From Fistulifera solaris (lineage: Eukaryota), in assembly GCA_030295235.1 (NCBI GenBank), contig AP026162.1, positions 1,984,001 to 2,048,000 of the forward strand: a stretch of 64,000 nt of DNA. The letters run 5' to 3'. The position numbers and the translations under genes were made by a program. This document shows positions 33,633 to 45,829 of this stretch, one piece after another (within the stretch, counting starts at the first letter, position 1; every line of letters starts with the position of its first letter). Under the pieces are notes generated by a model. That model was not told where the DNA came from. It saw only the letters and a program-made list of their open reading frames with translations, and did not search any database.

Positions 33633-36600
33633 ATGGCGGACGAGTTAGAGGATCTGTTCGGTGCATTTGACGGCGACAACGATCATGCGTCGACTCATGA
33701 ACAGGAACCGGATTTGAAGAAGCCTCGCGTCGCTCAAGAGCATTCAAACGAAACTAATAATGTTACGGAAAAACAAAAACCATTTTCCAACTTTGCTTCG
33801 ATCATGTCGCAGCCGATTGTATCGCATCTGTCTTTAACAACTACTGTAGCAAAACCTGCGGCTTCGGGGGCAGCCCACGTGACTGAAGGTGAAACGAAAC
33901 GAGAAATCGCTACGGGTACTTCACACGATAAATCAGTACGATCGTATTCCGCATATCCCAAGAATCTACCTCCTGGCCACGAATTACCCAAAGTAGAACC
34001 ACCGAAAGAACCGGCAAAAACCTATTCGTTTGAACTCGATCCCTTCCAGGCACAAGCAGTTGGTTACATTGATAAGGAGGAATCCGTCCTCGTCGCCGCC
34101 CACACATCCGCCGGTAAAACGGCAGTGGCTGAATATGCCGTCGCCAAGAGTTTAAAACAGGGACAACGTGTCGTCTACACGTCTCCCATTAAAGCATTGT
34201 CGAATCAAAAGTTCCGTGACTTGCAGGAAGAATTTTCCGATGTCGGGCTAATGACGGGTGATATCACCATCAATCCGACCGCCACGGCACTGGTCATGAC
34301 GACCGAAATTTTGCGATCCATGCTGTATCGGGGGAGTGAACTGATGCGTGAAGTTGCGTGGGTAATATACGATGAAGTGCATTACATGCGTGATTCAGAG
34401 CGCGGTGTCGTGTGGGAAGAATCCATCATTCTTTTGCCCCACCGCGTGCGGTTCGTCTTTTGTCCGCCACCATTCCCAATGCGAGTCAGTTTGCGGAATG
34501 GATCGCGGCGATTCATCATCAGCCGTGTCATGTAGTGTATACCAATTATCGTCCGACGCCTCTGCAACATTACATTTTTCCTTCGGGTGGTGAGGGCCTT
34601 CACTTGGTCGTCGATGAAAAAGGAGCGTTCCGGCAAGCCAATTTTCAAAAAAGCCATGGCATCGTTGCAATCTGGGTCCGTAAATGTGGCGGCTGCAGAG
34701 GCTATGCTGAATTCGGGAAACGGAAAGAAAAACAGTAAGAGGAATGGCGGCAAGAAAGGTAGTGGAACCTTTCATGATCTTAAGCGAATTGTAAAACTCG
34801 TCATGGAACGGAATTTGAATCCTGTCATTGTCTTCTCTTTCTCGAAGAAAGATTGCGAAAAGTTTGCACTGGCGCTCAAGGAAGAGGAATATAATGACGA
34901 TGTTGAAAAAGACTTGATCTCGCGGGTATATCACAATGCAATTGACTCCCTGAGCGAGGACGACCAGAAACTTCCTCAAGTGCAAGCTCTGTTGCCTTTA
35001 CTGAAGAAAGGAATTGGTATTCATCACGGTGGCTTACTGCCGATCTTGAAAGAAATTGTGGAGATTCTATTCTCCGAAGGACTGATCAAAATTCTTTTTG
35101 CAACCGAAACATTTGCCATCGGTATTAACATGCCCGCCAAGACTGTCGTCTTCACGAACACGCGCAAATGGGACGGTAAAGACATGCGATGGCTCACAAG
35201 TGGAGAATACATTCAAATGTCGGGTCGAGCAGGCCGTCGTGGGAAAGATGACCGCGGCATCGTTATACAAATGTTGGATGAGAAGATGGAACCGGCAGTT
35301 TGTAAATCCATTTTGTACGGCGACCCTGATCCTCTCAACTCGAGTTATAGGATCTCGTACAATATGTTGCTAAACTTGATGAGAGTTGAAGATGTGGACC
35401 CCGAATATCTATTGCGCGCATCGTTTCATCAGTTTCAACGTGAACAGGACGCACCAGCTCTTTTGTCTCAAGCCGATGAATTGGAGCAAGAGGCCGAGAA
35501 AATAACGGTCGGCGATAATGACTATGAAAATAGACTAGCTAGCGAATACTACAATATGGAGCATCAGCTGTTTCTGACACGGCAAAGTATTACCAAAACA
35601 ATTCAAAATCCGGACTATATTTGGAAGTTTCTGAATACTCCTGGGCGCGTATTGGATGTCTCTATCGACGGCGAATTTTATGGTTGGGGCGTGCTCATAT
35701 CGTCGTCGAGTAAGCGGATCCCTGGTACACCTCACCAACAGTATTCTCTCGATGTTTTACTAGGATGCATCGATCGTCAGTTCGATACGGATATTTCAAA
35801 GCGGAAGGGGAGCCGATGAGGACGCTGAGAACGTTTCTTTACTTTGGAGGGGGAATCCTGCCACTTGTCGCCCGGTGACGACTGCCGATAAGGAAGACCT
35901 TGTCAAGAAGAAGCTAATATCCATGCGCGTCTTTACTATCGGATTACAGCAACTCCAAAGACTGTCTGCCATTCGAATTCACGTCCCACAGAATATTCAG
36001 CTTCCCGAGGCACGAAACAAGGTTGCCAAGGCCGTTGAAGAAGTTATGAAGCGCTTTCCTGAAGGCATACCTTTGTTAGATGCTGTGGAAGATTTGGGAA
36101 TCAAAGACGATGCATTTCAAGCGCATCTCAAGCGAGCAGAGACGTTGTCGGAGCTCATGTCCAAACACGCTTTATCGACAGATTTCGATGAGGCGAAGCG
36201 TACTTTGCTCATCCGAACCTACGAGAAGAAGCTGGACATTCAGAAACAAGCAAAAGCGTATCGTGACGAAGCACGAGGTTTTCAAACTATGGCAATGAAG
36301 GATGATCTGAAACGCATGAAAAGAGTGCTAAAGAAGCTTGGGCATGTTGACGCCTCAGGAGTAATTCAAACGAAAGGAAGAGCAGCATGCGAGATAAACA
36401 CAGCCAATGAGCTTGTCGTCGTGGAAATGATTTTTGCTGGAGTATTCAACGATTTGTCACCCGAGCAGTGTGTTTCCTTGCTATCCTGCCTCACTTTTTC
36501 TGAACCATCAAAAGACGAGGGAGACCCGGCCCAGGGCTTGAAAAGCTTCCTCTCCAACCCCTTTTACAAACTACAAGACATTGCAAGAACTGTGGTCCGC

Positions 36601-37126
36601 GTAGAAGCTTCCTGTGGTATTGAAGTTGACGAAGATGAGTTTGTCGATCAATTTAACCCCGGCATGTAAGTAATCGGTGCACATGCCTCGATCTTGTGCG
36701 ATGATTATTGTTTTCTGTCGTTCCTTTCGACTTGTTGGAGCCGCGGTTTTTTACTGGAGCTCGCAAGGAGAAGCCGGGGGCGATCCTATTTTTATGAGGA
36801 ATATAAAGCGACCATACTCTCTGAGCACTTGAAAGGTTTGCTATACATTTGTTTCGACGGTGCTTCTGTGCTCACTTTGTTGCTTTAATCACAGGATGGA
36901 AGCCGTATTCGCGTGGTGCAAGGGGGTGAAATTCGTTGAAGTGCAAAAGCTTACCGAGTCCTTTGAGGGTACCACGATCAGAACCCTTCGTCGGGTGGAA
37001 GAACTTGTTCGACAAATCGCTGTTGCGGCAAAATCGATAGGTAACTATGAGCTACAGTCCAAGTTTGAAAAGGGAAGTGAACTCGTCAAGCGCGATATCG
37101 TATTTTGCAGTTCATTGTACCTTTAA
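33633..37126 (+). CDS. MTR4: Exosome RNA helicase MTR4 (SKIV2L2)
   Basis: [59 protein letters not shown] and [12 protein letters not shown] motifs. Indels fall in homopolymers at ~34458, ~34647 and ~35807. Intron 36666-36894. Confidence 0.97.
36696..36828 (+). ncRNA. Probable intronic box C/D snoRNA guiding 18S rRNA 2'-O-methylation
   Basis: Lies in the unusually long MTR4 intron. GTGC/GCAC terminal stem, C-like GCGATGA (36698), C'-like ATGAGGA (36794) and D box CTGA (36821). GCGACCATACTC lies one base upstream of the D box and is complementary to the conserved SSU rRNA sequence GAGTATGGTCGC. Confidence 0.75.
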
Positions 37127-37251
37127 TTTTAGCTGTTTACATGATAAGCCTTTCTTTGTACTTCTAAGACGTAGCTTTACAATCAATCCTTTTTGAACTG
37201 TGACTCTTCGTTTTCGCACTGCTTTGCAAGTTTCCAGACAAAACTGACAAA

Positions 37252-39379
37252 CTACCAGTCCTTCTGCATTTCTATTGTTTTTTGCAATCGCCCTGGTCGT
37301 TTAAGAGCGGCATCAATCAATGAGGAATTGTGTGTGATTCCTATAACTGCAATTCCACCTTCATGTTGACTGTTGCCGTGAACACCGTCCATTTCTGTAA
37401 GGAGCGTTGCGAGTACACGATCAAGCGTTCCTTCCGTAGTCGGATCATTTCCGCGAACTGCCGCAATGTTTTCGATACCTTCAAGAAGAAGGATACACGG
37501 CGACGCTTTCCTCGCGCTGTCAAAGAGTCTCTGAACTGCTCGTTCAGATCCACCGACTTCCTTATGAATCAATGATGTACAACTCACATCAAGTATCTTG
37601 ATCGATGGCAAAGAGAAACAGCATACTGACCGCAGTCCATTGCGATGCGTGTTTTGCCACTGCCCGATTCTCCGGTTAACAGCACCCCGCCAACAACAAC
37701 TCTCGATGTGGAAACACTAGATCCGACAAGTAACCTTTTCAGTTCCTTAGCTCGACACATTGGTATGACAATGGACTCCACCAAAACTTTCCAAGCTGAT
37801 TTAGCAGCATCCCCTTTCATAGAGAACAAAAAGCGCTCATTTGTATTGATGGCAAAATCTCGAGCAGCCAAAACACGCATGTCAACAGAGTCGGCGAGAA
37901 CTCCAGTCTGAAGCGACAACGGAGCAAAGGTATTCAATCTGTTTTTCAAGGAATGGAAAAATAGTCGAGCAGAAATGTCCCTCATTCCCTGGTTCGACAA
38001 ATCTTCGAGGGCCTGTCGGCAACACAATACGAGCTCAGCGTAGTTCTTTCCTAAGGTGGCCTCCACCAAATCGTCCAGAATTTGTTCTCGATTCTCATCC
38101 CGCATTGAGACATCATTCTCAAAAATCGGCACAAGAGAAGTCAATAGCTGTCTGCGCACTTCTTCATTGGGAGGTTGCAGATGATGAACGCAATCAAACC
38201 TGTGGTAGAGGACATCGGTTTTTCTCGTGGACGTGCAGAGAACAAAAATGTTGCTTCCTCGCTCGGGACGCTCTCTCATCGCATCAAGGACGCTAAGAAA
38301 AGTTGCCGTGGATCGCCTTAATAACGCACTGGTGTTTTCCATGGATGATGCCGACTGTTTCGTAGACACTTCCAACAGGATATGATCCAGGCCATCCAAT
38401 ACGATCACCATGGGCTTTGTCGAGACGCGAGCAGCGTGAAATACTGCAACAATAGTGTCTTCCGCTTCTCCCACCGAGCTTCCTAGAATATCCAGTGGCA
38501 AACGAGGTTGTATTACTGCAGTCATTGTGAGCTTCTCGTCGTTGCAAGAGGGCGTGATGCACGAGAAGAATTACCTTGACAGGACGCTTCTTTCACCAAA
38601 GACGAAACTTGATCACAAAGATGAGTTTTACCGGATCCCTCTGGACCCACCACCAGAAGTGTAGTAAACGACGCAGTAACTGTTTCCTTCGCCTCTTGCA
38701 TGAAGCAACGTACGGCATCGAGAACTCCGTCGGCAGACGTTACTGCTGGACTCAACCTCGCGTTACCTCCATCCGAACGGATTGTGCTTTCCGTGACCTT
38801 TGTTTCGCTTCCTTTAAACAATTGCTGCGTTACTGCAGAGTTCTGGCGGTGACAAATGGCCAAAACTTCCTGAAAATCGACTCGATGCAACATACTATAT
38901 CTGTGGAGACATTGGATTGTCGACTCGATACAGTGGTCGAAGGACTGGTCGTTTGGATCGGTACTACAATATATTCGATCCAAAGCCGCTGTCATGTTTC
39001 GCAAAGCCGTAAGCTCCAGTGCATGCTGCGTTCGGTAACTGGAACACAAGGATTCTTTAATGTAAGCAAAAGCAGTCGGGACCGCCATCTTGGACAATTC
39101 GGTAAATTCCACATAATCGGCTGTCAATTTTGTTTCGTATTGTATCATCTGTTCCCGACATTTCGCCATGAGTTCTTCCAACTCTAACATTTCTTGTGCT
39201 GCAAATGAATTCACATCCCACCAATTGTGACGCGAATAACGAATCCGCAGTGCTTCCAGTAAATCAATAAGGGTCATCCGCGTCGCATCCTCGTAAAATC
39301 CGCACAGATCGAGGAGGGCCAAAATTGTATCATTTGTCTCATTGTGGCTTTCTGCCTTGCTGGCTTTTCGCTTGCCCAT
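37252..39379 (-). CDS. Divergent double-domain AAA+ ATPase (CDC48/PEX/SPATA5-like)
   Basis: Walker A GPEGSGKT and GESGSGKT, VGGSERAVQRLFDSAR, RVLATLLTEMDG and IDAALKRPGRL. Split over three ORFs by a probable intron (~38520-38575) and a frameshift (~37610). Confidence 0.82.
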
Positions 39380-39510
39380 AATGGCGCCTCTTTGAACAAT
39401 GGTCAATATAATGCTAAACAACACTCCTCCGTTTTACGTCTTTGAAACTTTGTTTTGAAAAGCTTTCGGATCGAATGAATGAAGAAAAGATCTCCGTTTG
39501 ACGTTATAAT

Positions 39511-40454
39511 CACTATAGGCTCAATGTGTTGGTTTACGGAGACCGCGACTGAATTTCAGTCACGCTCCAATTACGGAAAACGAATAGAACGGTGACGAGG
39601 AGGGCCACAAATGACAGTGCAAAGTGTTGAATCAATATTTTGATACTTTTATGAGTGTAAAGGTATATTACGGTCTTCATTTGAAACGCAGCATTTCGCC
39701 TTGAAAAGCTTCCGGTGCGTCGACCGCTAATTTCACTATAGGCTCAATGTGTTGGTTTACGGAGACCGCGACTGAATTTCAGTCACGCTCCAATTACGGA
39801 AAACGAATAGAACGGTGACGAGGAGGGCCACAAATGACAGTGCAAAGTGTTGAATCAATATTTTGATACTTTTATGAGTGTAAGCTATATTACGGTCTTC
39901 ATTTGAAACGCAGCATTTCGCCTTGAAAAGCTTCCGGTGCGTCGACCGCTAATTTCACTATAGGCTCAATGTGTTGGTTTACGGAGACCGCGACTGAATT
40001 TCAGTCACGTTCCAATTACGGAAAACGAATAGAACGGTGACGAGGAGGGCCACAAATGACAGTGCAAAGTGTTGAATCAATATTTTGATACTTTTATGAG
40101 TGTAAGCTATATTACGGTCTTCATTTGAAACGCAGCATTTCGCCTTGAAAAGCTTCCGGTGCGTCGACCGCTAATTTCACTATAGGCTCAATGTATTGGT
40201 TTACGGAGACCGCGACTGAATTTCACTCACGCTCCAATTACGGAAAACGAATAGAACGGTGACGAGGAGGGCCACAAATGACAGTGCAAAGTGTTGAATC
40301 AATATTTTGATACTTTTATGAGTGTAAGCTGTATTACGGTCTTCATTTGAAACGCAGAATTTCGCCTTGAAAAGCTTCCGGTGCGTCGACCGCTAATTTC
40401 ACTATAGGCTCAATGTGTTGGTTTACGGAGACCGCGACTGAATTTCACTCACGC
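39511..40454 (+). repeat. Tandem array 3, 222-bp unit, 4 units plus a terminal core
   Basis: CACTATAGGCTCAATGTRTTGGTTTACGGAGACCGCGACTGAATTTCA at 39511, 39734, 39956, 40178 and 40400, with the palindrome GACTGAA-T-TTCAGTC. Confidence 0.97.
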
Positions 40455-40714
40455 ACCAAGATGCATAAATTATACACTTTACTACATCGCCGTACCGGCA
40501 ATGATGTATTCTAGAGTATAAAGTAGGAATGAGTACCGGGGTACAAAGCCGTTAAACTACTTAAGAGTACAGTGTACCCTGCCTTACGCGTCTGCTTGCG
40601 GCGACAATTTTTTGCGATGTGCGACTGTGCGATCAAATGCGTTTGACCATGACCTTTTGTTGAAAAGCGGTCGATCTTTGCCATTCCTACCAGGTATTTC
40701 TTTTCTCTAGCACG

Positions 40715-43239
40715 ATGGCCACTCCACAACCCCCACCACCGCAACAACAACCGGGAGGTCCTCCCGGAGATAGCTACTTCACCGAGTCACGCAAGGGTGA
40801 AATCAATGAGTTGCGCAACTTGTTGCGGGGCTTTGCGACCGAGCGTGATCCGATGCGCAAGCGTGATATTATCAAGAAAGTGCTGGCTTATATGACGTTA
40901 GGTATCGATGTGTCGCGTTTGTTTACGGAAATGATGCTGGCGATTGAAACTAGGTACGTGTAAGAAAGATAAAGAGGGACACGGTCTCGAAGCGTCCGTC
41001 ATCAAGAATAAGGACATGACTCTCACTTCCACACTTCCGTCATTGACAGGGATTTGGTCATTAAGAAAATGATTTATCTGTATTTGACGAATTACGCTCG
41101 AACGCACCCCGAATTGGCACAGATGTGTACCAACACACTCACGAAAGATTGTGCCAATGATGATCCGATGGTACGGGGACTCGCGTTGCGCGCCTTGTGC
41201 GGTCTCAATTTACCCCAGATGGTCGAATACATTAGTGAACCCTTGCGCCGTTCTCTATCGGATGGTCATGCTTACGTTCGGAAAACAGCCGTCATGGGAG
41301 TGCTGAAGCTGTATCATTTGGATCGTGAAACGTTCGAATCCTGCGGATTTGTCGATATTCTCTACGATATGTTACGGGATCCGGATGCCAGCGTGGTCGT
41401 CAATTGTGTCATTTGTCTCAATGAAGTTATGCAAAAGTCTCCGGCGGGAGGAATGACGATCAATAGGGCCATTATGTTGCATTTGCTCAATCGCATTCAT
41501 GAATTCAACGAATTTGCTCAAGTACAAATTCTCGAATTGGTGCCTCGTTACATTCCTGCCAATGAAGAAGAAGGTTATCAAATTATGAACCTGTTGGATC
41601 CGGTACTATCGACTTCGGGAAGTGGTGCGGTTATGGCGACCGTTCGTGCTTTTTTAAGCTTGGCCGATCAAGTGGTCGGTGACGATGAACATAAACTGCA
41701 AATGAAACGACAAATTGTGGAGCGAGTCAAGCCGTCTCTGGTCACCCAAATTTCATCCGGTTCATCCGAGATGATGTATACGCTTCTTAAGCATGTCGAA
41801 ACGTTGGCCGAGGCGTGCCCAGGTGTCTTTGATGATGAGTATCGTCAGTTTTACGTGCGATACAATGAACCGACGCACGTCAAGTACCTGAAATTGGCGG
41901 TTTTACCTCGTCTAGCGAATCCGGATACAGCACCCGATATTGTGTCCGAGTTGGCAGAATGCGTGCACGACTCGAATGTGAAAATGAGCCGTCTGGCGGT
42001 TCGGAGCATGGCGCGGATCGCCTGTGGAGGAACGGGCGGTCCAGGTGCCGCAGAAGCCATTGCTCGCCGATTGCTGGAGCTTTTGGATCTGAATGTAGAG
42101 CATGTTAGTAGTGAAGCGGCTTCCGCTTTGACGCTTATTGTCCGCAAGCACCCCACCTTGAAACCAATGGTAGCACCACCGCTCACGCGGAGTCTCAAAT
42201 ACATTACAGAACCCAGCGGCCGTGCTTCAGTTCTGTATCTGTTGGGTGATTGTGGCGACATTGTTCCTGCCGCGCCGTATGCATTAGAGAAATTGATTGA
42301 CTCGTACGATAGATTGGAAGATGCGGGGGTAAAGCTGGCGCTTTTGACAACCACGATGAAACTCTTCTTACAGCAGAATCGAGCACCTGAAGTACAACGC
42401 ATGCTGGGTAGACTTTTGGCGAAAGCATGCGACGATGTATCTTCCCAGGATTTACACGATCGGGCGCTACAATACTACCGACTTCTTCGGAACACGGATC
42501 TTCACACTCTACAAACGACCATACCCCAGCTGAAAGCCAACTATATACCCGAGCACGTTCCTTTTGCCGAAGAAGATGACAGCGCCCGTCAAAAACTACT
42601 TATGGAAGAATTCAACACATTATCAGTTTTGTACGGGAAACCATCTGTTCACTTCATTGCTCCCGAATACCAGGTGAAGTATGTTAAGATGCCGGCAGAA
42701 CATCCACTCAGTCCTGGGGCTCCTCCAGCACAGCAACTTGAAACGTCAGTACCTCACCAAGAACAGCCGATCGGCGCTAGCGCACCTGCTTATGCGGATG
42801 TTGATCTGCTGGGCTTTGGAGATGGTCCATCTCCATCACATACGCCCAGCGTAACACAATCGATTTCGTCTTTGTCCCTGAATCCGTCGGTAAATTTAAG
42901 TGGTGACGATTATCAAAGTCGATGGGAGGGAATATCTGACAATGATGCCCACGTCTCTGCCATTCCGATGGGAATGAACAGCATTACTACGGATTCGGTC
43001 GAAGCTGCCCTAGCTAGTGTTCATGTGCGGACGATTGCCAGCGGAGAACTGCCGACGGAATTCAAGTTCTTTTGTATGCACAGGAGTCGACTTCAGGAAT
43101 GCTGTTCTTGATCCAGGGCAATATCGAGAAACAATCCGCAGAGCCGCTCATGATTGCTACTATCAAAGTTACGGGAGACATGGCGAGTAGTGAATTGATC
43201 AACCAGTTGATAAGCACTATGACGACAGCTTTGCAGTAA
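40715..43239 (+). CDS. AP4B1: AP-4 complex beta subunit (beta-adaptin)
   Basis: KKVLAYMTLGIDVS, DLVIKKMIYLYL, DPMVRGLALRALCGL, YVRKTAVMGVLKLYH, DLHDRALQYYRLL and EEFNTLSVLYGKP motifs. Intron ~40954-41049, and an indel in a T run at ~43070. Confidence 0.88.
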
Positions 43240-43299
43240 ATGCGGTGCAGTTAACAGCAAAAGTTATAAACATTTTGGCTTTATCCTAAAATTCGTTAC

Positions 43300-45094
43300 T
43301 CAAGCTCGCTCCATGTTCTGCAAAATCGCAGACGCTATGTACCTACCCCAAAAATCATATCTGGAAGAGCGTCGGAAAGAAAGATGTTTTAGAGCTTTCA
43401 CATTATCGTCACCAAGCCGGCGAATGTATTTACTTACCCATGGTCACTAGGGTGAATTCCGTCGCACGATACCATGGAAGAGCCAAAACTGGCGGTGTTT
43501 CCGTTGAAGTAATTTGATACTTCTACTTCGTCGTCCACAAGCTCGTAGAAGACCAACTCATCGGCTTCTTCTGCCCCCAAGAACCAATTGTGATAGTGTT
43601 TCCGCATCAAAAGCTCGACCGCACTTTTGCGTCCGGCATCAGAAGTCTCGTTCAATTGCAATAACACCACACTTTTGTTGAAAAGATCCCATAGTGGTCC
43701 ATGACCTAATTCTATCTCTGCTACCTCCTCTTTTGAAGGGGCATCTACGAAAAGCACCAAGTCAGGATACATTTTTGACATGAGATACTTGACGTGATCC
43801 ATTCTGCGGAAAACAAAGCCAAACAACCAGCCCAATGGAGCGATCTGATATGGTTCGATGGGTATTATTGGAAGGGCTGGGAATACCACCAAAGGATAGG
43901 GCGAATGTTCACCTAACCGTTTTCTTAGGACATGTCGAATTTGTTCATTCTGCGTTTGACATTCCTCTATATCTAAAATCGGTGGGAGAGGGATTTTAAT
44001 GCCCATTTTTTGTTGTAGAGCGTTCACTATACGAATCAAGGTACCTTTGAAGCCTTTCAACTGATCGTCCGGATCCGACTCGATAGCTTTTCTGATTTCT
44101 CTGGCTCGCTCGGCTGACATCATAAATGGCAGAAACGCATCTTTGATATCATTCAAACCTGTAAGAACCACAGCAATATCATACTGACCCACTACATGCG
44201 GGTCTAGAGTTGTACGGCGTATCAATGATCGTCTCTTCTGCAACTCTTCTGCGGGTGGTATCGGTTGCTGCATACGACGAAATCTCTGTAAGACACGTTG
44301 CAAATCTTGCTTTATTCTTCGCTTGATCCATCGACGATACCGACGACCGTTCGCCCCATCCTCTTTATCGGATTCATCTTCGTCTCTACTAAATTCCTCG
44401 AGCCACTCCTCTGCACTTTTCTGCGCAGCCTCCAAACGCTTCCGAGCGCGCTCTCGCGATTCGCCCTGCCATTGCGCTAAACGGTTTAGCACCGGAGGAA
44501 AACCTCTTTCTCTCTCTTCATCAGCAGTACCCGACGAATGACTCCCAAGTTTTCGAATGTCCTCGATCAATAAGGCGGAAGGAAGACCGGGAGTCCCTAT
44601 GCACGTCCAGTAAACAGCTCTCCCATTCATCGCCTGAGACAAGACCTGAGCGATCGAATCCGGTAATATTGGCGAATGAGATTCTCGAATCCCTACTCCA
44701 GCCGCTAGCGAATCTCCAATAACAAGTAATCGTAACGGCTTTTCATGTCGGTGATCCGGAGCTTTTTTGAATGCTTTATTATTGAACGACAGATTCGACA
44801 GGTCTCTCTTACCGGAACTGATATTGTCGCTATGATCCGGATCATACGGATTGGAACTTACAACCACGAGTCCGCTACACGGAACATCCGGTCTGGGTGC
44901 ATCTCCATGATTTCTGCGGTATTCTTGGAATAGTTGAGAACTTACTTGAAAGAACGAGAAAAGAGGATGCGAGATTCGTTGCACTTCTTACCGTACAAAA
45001 GCAACGCGCCCTGCAGAATGGAAATGGTTGGAATGGAGATCGCCATACCCAAAGACCAGCTCTTCAAGGCTTCCCGAAAAGCAGCATGGTTCAT
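43300..45094 (-). CDS. SGNH/GDSL hydrolase family protein
   Basis: LLVIGDSLAAGVG (block I), GLND (block III) and DGIHP (block V). First exon MNHAAF..LQGALLLY ends at a GTAAG donor (~44991). The last exon is YDFWGRYIA. Confidence 0.85.
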
Positions 45095-45254
45095 TGTTTG
45101 ATGCTTCTAAAGTTGTGAAGACGCATGGGTATATTCTAAAGAAAGGTAAAGCGTTTGTTGTGTTGTTGATGGTCGCGGTTTTTTTCCTCTTCGAAAAACG
45201 GTGGGTTTCTGGACTCGTGAATGGAGACCCGGGAAGACCTCAGCTAAGATTCAA

Positions 45255-45770
45255 CATCCGGGTACCCCTTCAGAGATAAATTTCCTACGGCGGCTACGTC
45301 AAACTTGCGTAGACATTCGAACCGGTGCATCTTTCATCCTTGTTGCGAAATGATTTCAAATTGTTGCCGACCGTCGTTGGCTATCATAAATTTTACATGT
45401 TGGTGAAAGTAAAAGAGACGTTGTTGCAACATTGATCCCCAAAATGGGCACCACAAACAATTACCGCACATCCGGGCTTGCCTCTGTCGACTCCGTGTGT
45501 CGATAAATTTCCTTACGGGGGCCTACGTACAACTTACGTTGATTTTCGAAGCGTTGCGTCTGTTATCTTTACATTGCGTATTTCTTGCCAATTATTGCTG
45601 ATCATCGATTGTGGACATGCGTCATCATGTTGGGGAATGAAAACGAGACATTGTTGCAGAATTGAATTGGGAAAGGTTGTGAAAGAATTTCATTATTTCC
45701 GGGTCCCCCTGCAGAGATAAATTTCCTACGGCGGCTACGTCAAACTTGCGTAGACTTTCAAAGCATAGTG
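45255..45770 (-). repeat. Tandem array 4: three diverged inverted copies of the array 2 core
   Basis: The reverse complement TTCGAATGTCTACGCAAGTTTGACGTAGCCGCCGTAGGAAATTTATCTCTGAAGGGGTACCCGGATG aligns to the array 2 core. Copies end at ~45321, 45550 and 45762 (spacing 229, 212). Confidence 0.85.
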
Positions 45771-45829
45771 ACCCTTTGCACTCTTCCATGTTCTCCATTC
45801 CTCCCTATTCTTTACACCTGTTAATCACA

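Noticed and set aside
39511..39520. CACTA at the array start as a CACTA/EnSpm transposon end
   Set aside because: No inverted TAGTG partner or 3-bp TSD at the other end, and the motif recurs in direct orientation.
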